This document shows, in pieces, positions 21,120 to 31,623 of a stretch of 64,000 nucleotides of DNA (its first letter is position 1; each line of letters starts with the position of its first letter). Source of the stretch: a phage; sequence record PZ019085.1, one strand, 5' to 3'. Both the position numbers and the translations under genes were made by a program. Below the pieces are notes generated by a model. The model saw nothing but the letters and a program-made list of their open reading frames with translations. It was not told where the DNA came from and made no database searches.

Positions 21120-22298
21120 ATGAGTACAGTTTTTAACACGCAACAAGTCGATGTTTTGAATGAACCGATGTTCTTTGGTTCTGGTCTTGGCCTCGCACGT
21201 TATGATATTCAGCGTCATAAAGTTTTTGAAGAACTTATAGAAAAATCCTTATCATTTTTCTGGCGTCCCGAAGAGGTAAACTTGATGTTGGACTCTGCGC
21301 AGTTCAATAAGCTTCCTCAGTTCCAACAGGACATCTTTACAAACAATCTTAAGTATCAATCATTATTAGATTCTATCCAAGGCAGAGCCCCATCTGCGGT
21401 ACTTATGGCACTGATTTCCGACCCTTCATTAGATACGTGGGTTGCAACATGGACATTCAGTGAAACTATTCACTCTCGTTCGTACACTCATATTATGCGA
21501 AATCTTTATACCGATCCATCCAAAGTATTTGATGAGATTGTATTAGACGAAGCAATCATGAAACGAGCTGAATCCATTGGACGTTATTATGATGACGTTC
21601 TGATTAAAACCCGTGAATGGGAAAATGCTAAAGAAATTTTTAAATGTTTTTCCGAAAATGAATATGATTTAGATGCGTATTCAAATAGTCTTATGCACAT
21701 GGAAGAATGTAAACATGACCTAATGAAGTCTCTTTATCTCTGTTTGCATGTTATCAACGCCTTAGAAGCTATTCGTTTTTACGTATCATTTGCATGTACT
21801 TTCAACTTCCATAAAAATATGGAAATTATGGAAGGTAATGCAAAGATTATGAAGTTCATTGCTCGTGACGAACAACTCCATCTCAAGGGTACTCAGTACA
21901 TTATCCGTCAACTTCAATCTGGTACTGACGGTGATGAGTGGGTTCAAATTGCTAAAGAATGTGAACAAGAAGCAGTTGACATTTTTATGGAAGTAAATAG
22001 TCAAGAGAAGGAATGGGCTGCACACCTCTTTAAAGATGGTACATGTCCAGGTATCAATACGCAGAGTATGTGTGCTTTTGTTGATTACTTGACTGTGTCT
22101 CGTATGAAACAGTGTGGTTTGCCATGCCCAATCACTGATGCTCCGACCAAGCATCCGTATCCTTGGATTCGTGAATATCTGAACTCCGATTTAGTTCAAG
22201 CAGCTCCTCAGGAAGTTGAAATCAGTTCTTATCTTGTCGCACAAATTGATAATGATGTAGACCAAAATGTAATCAATTCATACAAAAAATATTTCTAA
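21120..22298 (+). CDS. nrdB: ribonucleotide reductase small subunit (uninterrupted, no intron)
   Basis: 392 aa continuous ORF; di-iron ligand motifs typical of class Ia R2. Confidence 0.95.
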   Translation: MSTVFNTQQVDVLNEPMFFGSGLGLARYDIQRHKVFEELIEKSLSFFWRPEEVNLMLDSAQFNKLPQFQQDIFTNNLKYQSLLDSIQGRAPSAVLMALISDPSLDTWVATWTFSETIHSRSYTHIMRNLYTDPSKVFDEIVLDEAIMKRAESIGRYYDDVLIKTREWENAKEIFKCFSENEYDLDAYSNSLMHMEECKHDLMKSLYLCLHVINALEAIRFYVSFACTFNFHKNMEIMEGNAKIMKFIARDEQLHLKGTQYIIRQLQSGTDGDEWVQIAKECEQEAVDIFMEVNSQEKEWAAHLFKDGTCPGINTQSMCAFVDYLTVSRMKQCGLPCPITDAPTKHPYPWIREYLNSDLVQAAPQEVEISSYLVAQIDNDVDQNVINSYKKYF

Positions 22299-22302
22299 GG
22301 AC

Positions 22303-22320
22303 GGGACTTCGGTCCCACTT
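22303..22320 (+). terminator. hairpin after nrdB
   Basis: GGGAC-UUCG-GUCCC followed by ACTTT. Confidence 0.5.
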
Positions 22321-22324
22321 TATT

Positions 22325-22735
22325 ATGAAAGATATTGCCGCCGAATATTCCTTTATTAAATATACAGAATTGGAGCTATTAGAAGATGCAACAATTAAAA
22401 CAGTTGATGTCCCTAATAAGAAAAATGTCATATATGCTATTGCTATAGATGACGAACTTGTGTATATTGGTAAAACCAAGAATTTAAAGAAACGCATTAA
22501 CTATTATCGAACAGCCATAAATCGAAAAGACCAGACTTCAGATTCAAGAAAATCACTTATGATTTTGGATGCCTTAATGCAAGGCAAAAAGGTTGAATTC
22601 TGGGCCCGCCAATGTTTTGACCTTTCAGTCACCAACGAACTTGGTTCAATGACCATCGCAACAATGGACCTTGAAGAACCGCTTTTTATCAAAAAGTTCA
22701 ACCCGCCTTGGAATATCCAACATAAGAAAAAGTAG
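22325..22735 (+). CDS. denA: endonuclease II (GIY-YIG nuclease)
   Basis: 136 aa as in T4; GIY-YIG-like motif VIYAIAIDDELVYIGKTKNLKKRINYY. Confidence 0.85.
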   Translation: MKDIAAEYSFIKYTELELLEDATIKTVDVPNKKNVIYAIAIDDELVYIGKTKNLKKRINYYRTAINRKDQTSDSRKSLMILDALMQGKKVEFWARQCFDLSVTNELGSMTIATMDLEEPLFIKKFNPPWNIQHKKK

Positions 22736-22764
22736 TTTACACACCACAAGGATTGTGGTACAAT
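22735..22764 (+). promoter_or_regulatory. early promoter upstream of rnlA
   Basis: GTTTAC 22735-22740, 18-bp spacer, TACAAT 22759-22764. Confidence 0.5.
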
Positions 22765-22782
22765 TTAAAAAAAACTAACTGA

Positions 22783-23916
<1,134 letters not shown>

Positions 23917-23978
23917 TGGTTTACAAACACCAAGGAAGGTGTTACTATGGTTTTTATCAACAACACGAGGAGAAAATT

Positions 23979-24479
23979 ATGAATATGCAATTGATTACTA
24001 ACGATATGGTTGTGGCAGCATTTGGTGATTCTACAGATGGAATCCGGGTCTTTAAGAAAGGACGTGCAGTTGGTTATCTTACTGACCTTCGTACTACTCT
24101 AGCGAAAAATGCTAAAAAGAAGTTAAAGCAAAAAGAATATTCCACCCGATACGCTGAAGAGAAACGCGAAGCGATGCCAGAAGCAGTTAATACCATGGTA
24201 GAATTTCTTCAAAACAATTTGACTAAATATGACGCTAATGTGTTCATTAATATTAGTCAACCAAACGTACATATCGCAGGTATAAAATTCTACATTATTT
24301 GCGACCCTCTTACCGACAAATTCAACCGTCTCGGAATCTCAAGTCCTTATCATACAGCAGAAGAGTTGTGTGTATTGTTTGAATCGTACAAAATCCAGTG
24401 TGATGGTCCGAAAACCGTTCTTATCAATGGATTATCCCGAGATGAAATCATTGAGATTATTAAAACATGCTTAAAGTAA
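23979..24479 (+). CDS. alc: Alc-like host transcription termination/unfolding protein (alternative start 23916)
   Basis: Position between rnlA and spanins as in T4; ATG at 23979 after GAGGAG gives 166 aa (T4 Alc 167). Confidence 0.55.
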   Translation: MNMQLITNDMVVAAFGDSTDGIRVFKKGRAVGYLTDLRTTLAKNAKKKLKQKEYSTRYAEEKREAMPEAVNTMVEFLQNNLTKYDANVFINISQPNVHIAGIKFYIICDPLTDKFNRLGISSPYHTAEELCVLFESYKIQCDGPKTVLINGLSRDEIIEIIKTCLK

Positions 24480-24823
24480 ATCCGATTTATGCTATAGTAG
24501 CAGCTTTTGCTCTAGTTTCTGCGGTAACAATAGTTGTCTTAAACAACAAAGTTGATTCGTTGAATACTGAATTAGCTTCTGTCAAAGAGACTGCTAAAAA
24601 CAATGCTAAAGTATTAGACGACTTCAAGGCTCAATATCAGTCAATCGAAGAAATGACTTATAAGAACCGTGTTTTAGTTGACCAACTTAAGGCCGAAAAT
24701 GAAAAGCTCCGTAAGGATTCGAAGAAGAAGAACGTGGTGGCAAGTAAACCAGGATTGGTCGAAAAACAAATCAACAAGTCCTTCGATTCCTTTGCAGAAG
24801 ACCTCAGGAAGCTCTCAGAATGA
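24467..24823 (+). CDS. i-spanin (inner-membrane spanin subunit, T4 pseT.3 position)
   Basis: 118 aa with N-terminal TM helix followed by a charged coiled-coil-like region; directly precedes a lipoprotein ORF. Confidence 0.65.
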   Translation: MLKVNPIYAIVAAFALVSAVTIVVLNNKVDSLNTELASVKETAKNNAKVLDDFKAQYQSIEEMTYKNRVLVDQLKAENEKLRKDSKKKNVVASKPGLVEKQINKSFDSFAEDLRKLSE

Positions 24824-25110
24824 TTAAATTAACCGCAGTTGTATTATCTATTGGCATTTTGGCCGGATGTGCCCAGGATGTGCCCTTAAGCCCTAAAGAA
24901 ACTTTACATCCACCATGGCCTGAATCTATTGTTGAATATAACCAGAAATGGCAAGTAAAGGTTATTGATGGTAATCCATGGGTTGGAATGCCGTTTGAAG
25001 ACTCTCAAGAATTTCGTATCTGGTTAAACGACGTAAAAAGATATGTACATGACCAGAAGACTATGATATGTTATTATCGTAGTGGTTTAAAAGAGGAAAA
25101 ATGCCAATGA
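24820..25110 (+). CDS. o-spanin (outer-membrane lipoprotein spanin subunit, T4 pseT.2 position)
   Basis: 96 aa; signal peptide with lipobox ILAGC; start overlaps i-spanin stop. Confidence 0.7.
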   Translation: MIKLTAVVLSIGILAGCAQDVPLSPKETLHPPWPESIVEYNQKWQVKVIDGNPWVGMPFEDSQEFRIWLNDVKRYVHDQKTMICYYRSGLKEEKCQ

Positions 25111-25325
25111 CTAAAGAACAGCATGAATACATTAAAGGGCTTATCTATGAATCTGAAATGGCGGCTATGATTTATGGGCGCCAGATTCAACGATTAGAAT
25201 CTTTGCCTCCGACTAATGACCGCTTGTTAGTCCAGTCTCGTGCTAATCTGAAAAATGAATATCAGAATAAGTGGGCAGTAGCTACTAAAGCTCTTCATGA
25301 GTATATTGAATCTTTAGTAAAATAG
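25101..25325 (+). CDS. hypothetical protein (74 aa)
   Basis: ORF in track. Confidence 0.45.
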   Translation: MPMTKEQHEYIKGLIYESEMAAMIYGRQIQRLESLPPTNDRLLVQSRANLKNEYQNKWAVATKALHEYIESLVK

Positions 25326-25354
25326 TTTACAAACTCTCGGGAGCAGAGTATAAT
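25325..25354 (+). promoter_or_regulatory. early promoter cassette
   Basis: GTTTAC 25325-25330, 18-bp spacer, TATAAT 25349-25354. Confidence 0.6.
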
Positions 25355-25382
25355 GCTCCTATGGATAATTGAGGAAATCTAA

Positions 25383-25681
25383 ATGAAAACATTACTAGAG
25401 AATTACATCAAACGGTCTGATGAGTATATTGATATCTGCCGCGGAATGTCACTTGCCAATTATGACAAAGATGCAGCAAAGGCACTAGATGAAGCAGGTA
25501 AAGCTCTTCGTAAAGCTGCTAAAGAAAAAGGGTTGGATTTGCAACAACTCAAAAGTCATATGATTAAATTTATTTCTTCAAACGTTAGAAGTAAGTCAAT
25601 TAATAAAAACGTTGCTGAAATTAATAAAGACCGGCGCGAGCATAACATTCGTATTCTTGAAACTTTCTTAGGAATAAAATA

Positions 25682-25682
<1 letters not shown>
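25383..25682 (+). CDS. hypothetical early protein (99 aa)
   Basis: ORF preceded by an early promoter and SD. Confidence 0.5.
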
Positions 25683-26768
<1,086 letters not shown>

Positions 26769-26769
<1 letters not shown>

Positions 26770-26960
26770 TGAAACGATTGTATGAAGTGATTGAGGCCAT
26801 CGAACAGCATAAAGAATATTTGTTTGTAGTATGGCCTTTAGTAAATGGACGGTTCGGTATTGATGTGCTGGACTATGAACATGAAGAATGGTTGGACGGC
26901 GGTATATTTGATAACGTCGACCAGGCAATTGAATGGTTAAATGAAAACTATGTACGATAA
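26769..26960 (+). CDS. hypothetical protein (63 aa)
   Basis: ORF in track. Confidence 0.45.
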
Positions 26961-27165
26961 ACATCATGAAATCGAAGATGAAGCATACAAAATGCTTCGT
27001 AAACTAGTGGGACTTAATATGAGTCCTACATTAATCAACAAACTCGCAGGAATTCGTAATGATCTGAATACTCGTTACAAAGGTGAATATCATGTAGAGT
27101 TTGTTCCTGTAGGTGAACCAACCGAGCGATTTGTTGTTCGAGTTAAAGTAAATACTGTACACTGA
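26941..27165 (+). CDS. hypothetical protein (74 aa; start uncertain)
   Basis: ORF in track, overlaps upstream ORF. Confidence 0.4.
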   Translation: MKTMYDKHHEIEDEAYKMLRKLVGLNMSPTLINKLAGIRNDLNTRYKGEYHVEFVPVGEPTERFVVRVKVNTVH

Positions 27166-27172
27166 GGTAATT

Positions 27173-27448
27173 ATGTTCCCTAAATACTCTGAAATTGTAA
27201 AGGTAGTCTTCAGTCAGATTATCGCAAATCATTTCTTTGATAAGCTGGATACGGCTACTGAGCTTAAGGTCCACTCTGAACTACTCTACGTTTTGAATAC
27301 TCTGGTGCCTGGCCAAGTGGATTCTGTGTCTGTTACATTGTTGCCCAGCTCGGCTCATGCGATTGTTGTGTTTGGACTTGACGCTGATCTAGTAATTCAA
27401 TGTGAAGTTGATTTCGATTCACAAGAAATTAAATGTTTTGCAATTTAA
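27173..27448 (+). CDS. hypothetical protein (91 aa)
   Basis: ORF in track. Confidence 0.45.
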   Translation: MFPKYSEIVKVVFSQIIANHFFDKLDTATELKVHSELLYVLNTLVPGQVDSVSVTLLPSSAHAIVVFGLDADLVIQCEVDFDSQEIKCFAI

Positions 27449-27478
27449 GTTTACAACACAGTAGAGTTGTGATACTAT
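27449..27478 (+). promoter_or_regulatory. early promoter cassette upstream of ORF 27507 and the DAHP synthase gene
   Basis: GTTTAC 27449-27454, 18-bp spacer, TACTAT 27473-27478; perfect 8-bp inverted repeat GTAGAGTT/AACTCTAC flanks the -10. Confidence 0.55.
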
Positions 27479-27506
27479 AACTCTACCAACAAATGAGGAA
27501 ATAGAA

Positions 27507-27743
27507 ATGCTAAGTGAAAACCCAATTACAGTACACGAATTTCAGATTAAAGTAAAAGAATTTGCTCAAGCACTCATTAATAAAGTGTCTGAACGTTTCC
27601 AGGATGCAACATTACGAGTTATTCAAGAATCTCCTCGTTCTTTTCTCATAATCGTTAATCCTAAAGATGGTGACCAAATTACCAATCTTAAATTAGGCAG
27701 TGACGGTCTTGTTGAAGCAACTCGAGTATATGGAACACTATAA
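27507..27743 (+). CDS. hypothetical early protein (78 aa)
   Basis: ORF preceded by early promoter 27449-27478 and SD GAGGAAA. Confidence 0.5.
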   Translation: MLSENPITVHEFQIKVKEFAQALINKVSERFQDATLRVIQESPRSFLIIVNPKDGDQITNLKLGSDGLVEATRVYGTL

Positions 27744-27863
27744 TGAGAGCTATCTCATTACTATAGAGAATGGTCATAAATCTGAGCACTACCAACTTAG
27801 CCTGTCTAATCCGGTTAAAGGTATTGTTGAATCAGAATCTGTTTATATCTCCTAAGGATTGTT

Positions 27864-28856
27864 ATGTTACCTGTCGTCGGAAAACTTATTTCTCCAAAAG
27901 AACTGGCTGAGATTATTCCTTTGTCGGAAGCTTACGCATCACAAGTGGCTTCTCATCGCGAACAAGTTAATTCGATTATGAACGGTGAAGACCCACGCAA
28001 ACTTATTGTTGTAGGTCCTTGTTCAATTCATGACCCTATTGCTGCTGTTGAATACGGCAAACGTCTGGCTGAACTTCAAACTCGTCTTCCTAATGTTCTG
28101 TTAGTGATGCGCGTTTATTTTGAAAAGCCTCGAACTACCGTAGGTTGGAAAGGTCTTGTAAATGATCCATATCTTGACGGAAGTTTTGATATGAACCACG
28201 GTCTTATAGTTGCACGAACATTGTGTCGTAAACTTCTACGTATGGGACTTCCATTAGCAACTGAAGTATTAGACCCATTCACGATTAAGTATCTTTCTGG
28301 TATTTTCTCATGGGTTGCTATTGGCGCCCGTACGACTGAAAGTCAGACACATCGTGAAATTGCTTCAGGTCTACCGATGTGCGTAGGCTTCAAGAACGCA
28401 ACCAATGGTTCTATTAAAGTAGCTACAGACGCGATGTATAGTGCCGCCTGGCCTCATCGGTATATGGGTATGGACGTCGATGGTACTGTAGGCATTGTTG
28501 AAGCTGAAGGTAATCAGAATACGCATATCGTATTGCGTGGTGGGACCAACGGCCCGAACTATCATTCTTCTGATATTCAAGAAGCTTCTAACAAAGCAAG
28601 GGCAGTAGGTCTGAATCATTATGTAATGGTTGACTGTAGCCATGCAAACGCTGATGGGCATTATAGCAATCAAATTGGTATTGGTAAAAATTTAGCAGCT
28701 AATGATTTGGTCAAAGGAATTATGATAGAATCATTCCTACATGAAGGAAATCAAAAAATTTCTGATAATATGTCCTATGGCGTTTCCGTTACCGATGCGT
28801 GCATCAGTTGGGAACAAACTAAAGAGCTGTTAACTTATATTAATAAGGTTCAATAA
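27864..28856 (+). CDS. 3-deoxy-D-arabino-heptulosonate 7-phosphate (DAHP) synthase, class I-alpha (AroF/AroG/AroH family)
   Basis: 330 aa; ordered motifs GPCSIHDP, VMRVYFEKPRTTVGWKGL, IGARTTESQTHRE, VGFKN, HIVLRGG, DCSHAN, IESFLHEGNQ, YGVSVTDACISWE match E. coli DAHP synthases as recalled; SD AAGGA before the ATG. Confidence 0.9.
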   Translation: MLPVVGKLISPKELAEIIPLSEAYASQVASHREQVNSIMNGEDPRKLIVVGPCSIHDPIAAVEYGKRLAELQTRLPNVLLVMRVYFEKPRTTVGWKGLVNDPYLDGSFDMNHGLIVARTLCRKLLRMGLPLATEVLDPFTIKYLSGIFSWVAIGARTTESQTHREIASGLPMCVGFKNATNGSIKVATDAMYSAAWPHRYMGMDVDGTVGIVEAEGNQNTHIVLRGGTNGPNYHSSDIQEASNKARAVGLNHYVMVDCSHANADGHYSNQIGIGKNLAANDLVKGIMIESFLHEGNQKISDNMSYGVSVTDACISWEQTKELLTYINKVQ

Positions 28857-29437
28857 TGAAAGCTAGCACATACCTTCAGATTGCATATCTGATTTCTCAA
28901 GAATCAAAATGTTGTTCATGGAAAGTTGGTGCCGTCATTGAAAAAGATGGACGCATTATCTCTACTGGATATAATGGCTCACCAGCAGGTGGCGTTAACT
29001 GTTGTGAACATGCATCAGAAAATGGTTGGTTGAAGAATAAACCAAGCCCGGTCATAGTTGCTGGACATAAAGAAGGCACTACAGCATTTGGACGGGTGGA
29101 TAATTTTGTTTTGGCTAAAGAACATCGGGCTGCTCATAGTGCATGGTCTGCTAATAATGAAATCCATGCAGAATTGAATGCAATTTTGTTTGCAGCTCGT
29201 AAAGGTAATTCTATTGAAGGTGCTACGTTATATACGACGCTTTCTCCATGTCCTGATTGCACTAAAGCTATTACACAGTCAGGTATTAAAAAGGTTGTAT
29301 ACGCAGAATTATATGACCGATCTCCTGAAAATTGGGCAGACATTCTTAAACAAGCTGGTATTGAAGTAATTCAGTACTCTCGTAATAATCTTCGTTCTCT
29401 GAATTGGGAACAAATTCGAAACTTTTGTGGTGAATAA
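28856..29437 (+). CDS. cd: dCMP deaminase
   Basis: 193 aa; cytidine/dCMP deaminase zinc motifs HAELNAI and SPCPDC. Confidence 0.9.
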   Translation: MKASTYLQIAYLISQESKCCSWKVGAVIEKDGRIISTGYNGSPAGGVNCCEHASENGWLKNKPSPVIVAGHKEGTTAFGRVDNFVLAKEHRAAHSAWSANNEIHAELNAILFAARKGNSIEGATLYTTLSPCPDCTKAITQSGIKKVVYAELYDRSPENWADILKQAGIEVIQYSRNNLRSLNWEQIRNFCGE

Positions 29438-29438
29438 T

Positions 29439-29735
29439 ATGATTTTAACTGAACAAGAAACTATGGTTCTTCGTGAACGTATTAAAACTATTCTGTCTGT
29501 AGGCGTTCATTGTGTTGTATTTGAAAAGGCTAACGGTGATGTTCGTACGATGTTTGCTTCGCGCGATGAACTTGAAGTCAAATACGAAAATAACAATCCA
29601 GCAACAGAAGTTCGTTATGAACCTCGTGAATCAGTTCGAGCATTCGATACCAAGTTAGGTCAGTGGCGTTCTTTCCGCCTTGATAAAGTAATTTCGGTTG
29701 ATGGTACTCCGGTAGAACGTTTGCTTCTTATGTAA
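29439..29735 (+). CDS. hypothetical protein (98 aa; track start 29427)
   Basis: ATG at 29439 directly after the cd stop. Confidence 0.45.
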   Translation: MILTEQETMVLRERIKTILSVGVHCVVFEKANGDVRTMFASRDELEVKYENNNPATEVRYEPRESVRAFDTKLGQWRSFRLDKVISVDGTPVERLLLM

Positions 29736-29792
29736 TATGCTTTACGAATAGTATGGTATTATTAATCTATCGTCAAACAACAAGGAAATAAG

Positions 29793-30125
29793 ATGTCTGA
29801 AGTACAACTCCCAATTCGTGCTGTTGGTGAATATGTCATTCTGGTTTCTGAACCCGCTCAAGCAGGTGATGAAGAAGTTACAGAATCAGGACTTGTGATT
29901 GGTAAACGTGTTCAAGGTGAAGTTCCTGAACTATGTGTAGTTCATTCTGTAGGTCCTGATGTTCCTAAAGGTTTTGTTGAAGTCGGTGATTTGACTCCAC
30001 TACCAGTTGGACAAATTCGAAATGTTCCACATCCATTTGTGGCTTTAGGTCTTAAACAACCTAAAGAAATTAAACAGAAATTCGTAACATGCCACTATAA
30101 AGCTATTCCGTGTCTTTATAAGTGA
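29793..30125 (+). CDS. 31: gp31 co-chaperonin (GroES-like)
   Basis: 110 aa; [34 protein letters not shown]... matches T4 gp31. Confidence 0.9.
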   Translation: MSEVQLPIRAVGEYVILVSEPAQAGDEEVTESGLVIGKRVQGEVPELCVVHSVGPDVPKGFVEVGDLTPLPVGQIRNVPHPFVALGLKQPKEIKQKFVTCHYKAIPCLYK

Positions 30126-30133
30126 TATAAATA
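30126..30133 (+). promoter_or_regulatory. putative late promoter between gene 31 and rIII
   Basis: TATAAATA directly after the gene 31 stop. Confidence 0.35.
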
Positions 30134-30249
30134 ACTATATGAAGAGAACACTCTTCTAAGCGGTAGCCTACAACTGAGAGACTTGTCGAAAGAAGGTGAA
30201 ATTCAGAAGAACGTGGCTACTAAATATTATCTCGAATTGAGAATTTAAA

Positions 30250-30498
30250 ATGACTAAACAATTACAACACGCTCTTGAACTGCAACGCCATGCATGGAAT
30301 AATGGCCATGACAATTACGGCGCATCTATTGATGTTGAAGCCGAAGCTCTTGAAATCTTACAGTATTTCAAACATCTGAATCCAGCACAAGCCGATCTTC
30401 GCGATATCCTGGTCCAGAAAGATGAATTGAAATATGCTAAGCCTCTGGCTTCTGCAGCACGTAAAGCAGTTCGTCATTTTGTTATTACGCTGAAGTAA
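30250..30498 (+). CDS. rIII: rIII-like lysis inhibition accessory protein
   Basis: 82 aa as T4 rIII; position between gene 31 and gene 30. Confidence 0.55.
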   Translation: MTKQLQHALELQRHAWNNGHDNYGASIDVEAEALEILQYFKHLNPAQADLRDILVQKDELKYAKPLASAARKAVRHFVITLK

Positions 30499-30870
30499 GT
30501 TAAATCGAGGAGCCGTCGAATTGTCTGATTATCGATTTGCGAATCGATATGTTTTAGAAGTACCGCCCCGACAATTTTACGGTGTACCTCTTGAATGTGG
30601 TTCTTATAGCGGTAAGTGCATGCTACCCCGAGGTGATGGCCAATCGGGAGTACGCCTCAAGGCCTATATATCCATCAGTATATATATCTTATCCTCGAGA
30701 AATCGGACCCGGAACCTTTAAGCTAACGGTGTGCAACAGATAAGAGCTATAAGGTATGATGACTGGTTTATGGTTATCCTGTCGTTAAATATCCAAAACC
30801 TATGTTCCCCTTGAGGGCTTGAGCAGGCAATGTCAATAAGTCCTGCATTTTCATTTAAAGAGAATTTATA

Positions 30871-31050
30871 ATGGCAAAACAAGCTAAAGCAAAGAAAGCA
30901 GTCGAAAAGAAAGTTGATGGTACCTCTAAACGCGCTGGATACAAGCGTGGGTCGAACTCTCGTATTAATCAAACAGTTGAGAAGATCATGCGCAGAGCAC
31001 GTGCAGTTCTTCGAGATGATGCTTCTCGTTTTGGAAAGGTTGTTGCATAA
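30871..31050 (+). CDS. small Lys/Arg-rich protein (59 aa)
   Basis: ATG at 30871, TAA at 31048-31050, T4-like codon usage, followed by a UUCG hairpin terminator; below the track length cut-off. Confidence 0.45.
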   Translation: MAKQAKAKKAVEKKVDGTSKRAGYKRGSNSRINQTVEKIMRRARAVLRDDASRFGKVVA

Positions 31051-31055
31051 TTTTA

Positions 31056-31078
31056 GGGAGACTTCGGTCTCCCTTTTG
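31056..31078 (+). terminator. intrinsic terminator after ORF 30871-31050
   Basis: GGGAGAC-UUCG-GUCUCCC followed by TTTTG. Confidence 0.7.
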
Positions 31079-31109
31079 TGCGTTTAGGGCAGAAAAAGTT
31101 TAAAAAGAT

Positions 31110-31138
31110 GTTTACTCTCCTGTAGGATGTGTTACTAT
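31110..31138 (+). promoter_or_regulatory. early promoter cassette
   Basis: GTTTAC 31110-31115, 17-bp spacer, TACTAT 31133-31138. Confidence 0.55.
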
Positions 31139-31180
31139 AGACTTGTACCATCTAATCAATAAAACAACCTGGAGAACAAA

Positions 31181-31549
31181 ATGAAAATCAATCTGAACTC
31201 ATACATCAAATGTAAAGACCACGATGGTTATAAAGCTATCGAAATTAAAGAATTCCAGTGGATGTTATACAAAGAGCAATTTGAGTTCGTAGGTTGTATG
31301 ACCCCTGAAGGTCCTTCTGATGATTTCTCTTGGAAAATTGTGTTAGCAAACTTTTTCACAGGTGACACATACGAATTAAAAACTATTATTACCGGTAAAA
31401 TTCGTTCAGAAACATATGTTGACGAAGAAACTGGTTACTCTGAAGATGTTACATGGTATCAAAATGGACGCATTACAGCAGATAACCTGATAGAAAAAAT
31501 GAAAGCCAAAGGTGTTTTAAATTTAGACAATTGGATTAAAGTTGCATAA
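31181..31549 (+). CDS. hypothetical early protein (122 aa)
   Basis: ORF with own early promoter (31110-31138) and SD GGAGAA. Confidence 0.55.
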   Translation: MKINLNSYIKCKDHDGYKAIEIKEFQWMLYKEQFEFVGCMTPEGPSDDFSWKIVLANFFTGDTYELKTIITGKIRSETYVDEETGYSEDVTWYQNGRITADNLIEKMKAKGVLNLDNWIKVA

Positions 31550-31553
31550 AACA

Positions 31554-31582
31554 GTTTACTTTGGTACAGGTTATGTTATTAT
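31554..31582 (+). promoter_or_regulatory. early promoter cassette
   Basis: GTTTAC 31554-31559, 17-bp spacer, TATTAT 31577-31582; flanked by a perfect 10-bp inverted repeat. Confidence 0.55.
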
Positions 31583-31623
31583 AGACCTGTACCAACAAAC
31601 AACTTAAACATCTGGAGAATAAA

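Noticed and set aside
30521-30721. 66-aa plus-strand ORF in the track (TTG start) and overlapping minus-strand ORF 30718-30972
   Set aside because: TTG start, rare-codon-rich composition unlike neighbouring genes, and the minus ORF overlaps the better-supported small plus-strand gene at 30871-31050; treated as non-coding region instead (see finding).
30499-30870. tRNA or tmRNA-like gene in the rIII-downstream gap
   Set aside because: No cloverleaf or conserved T-loop (GTTCRANYC) could be found by eye; left as an unclassified structured region.
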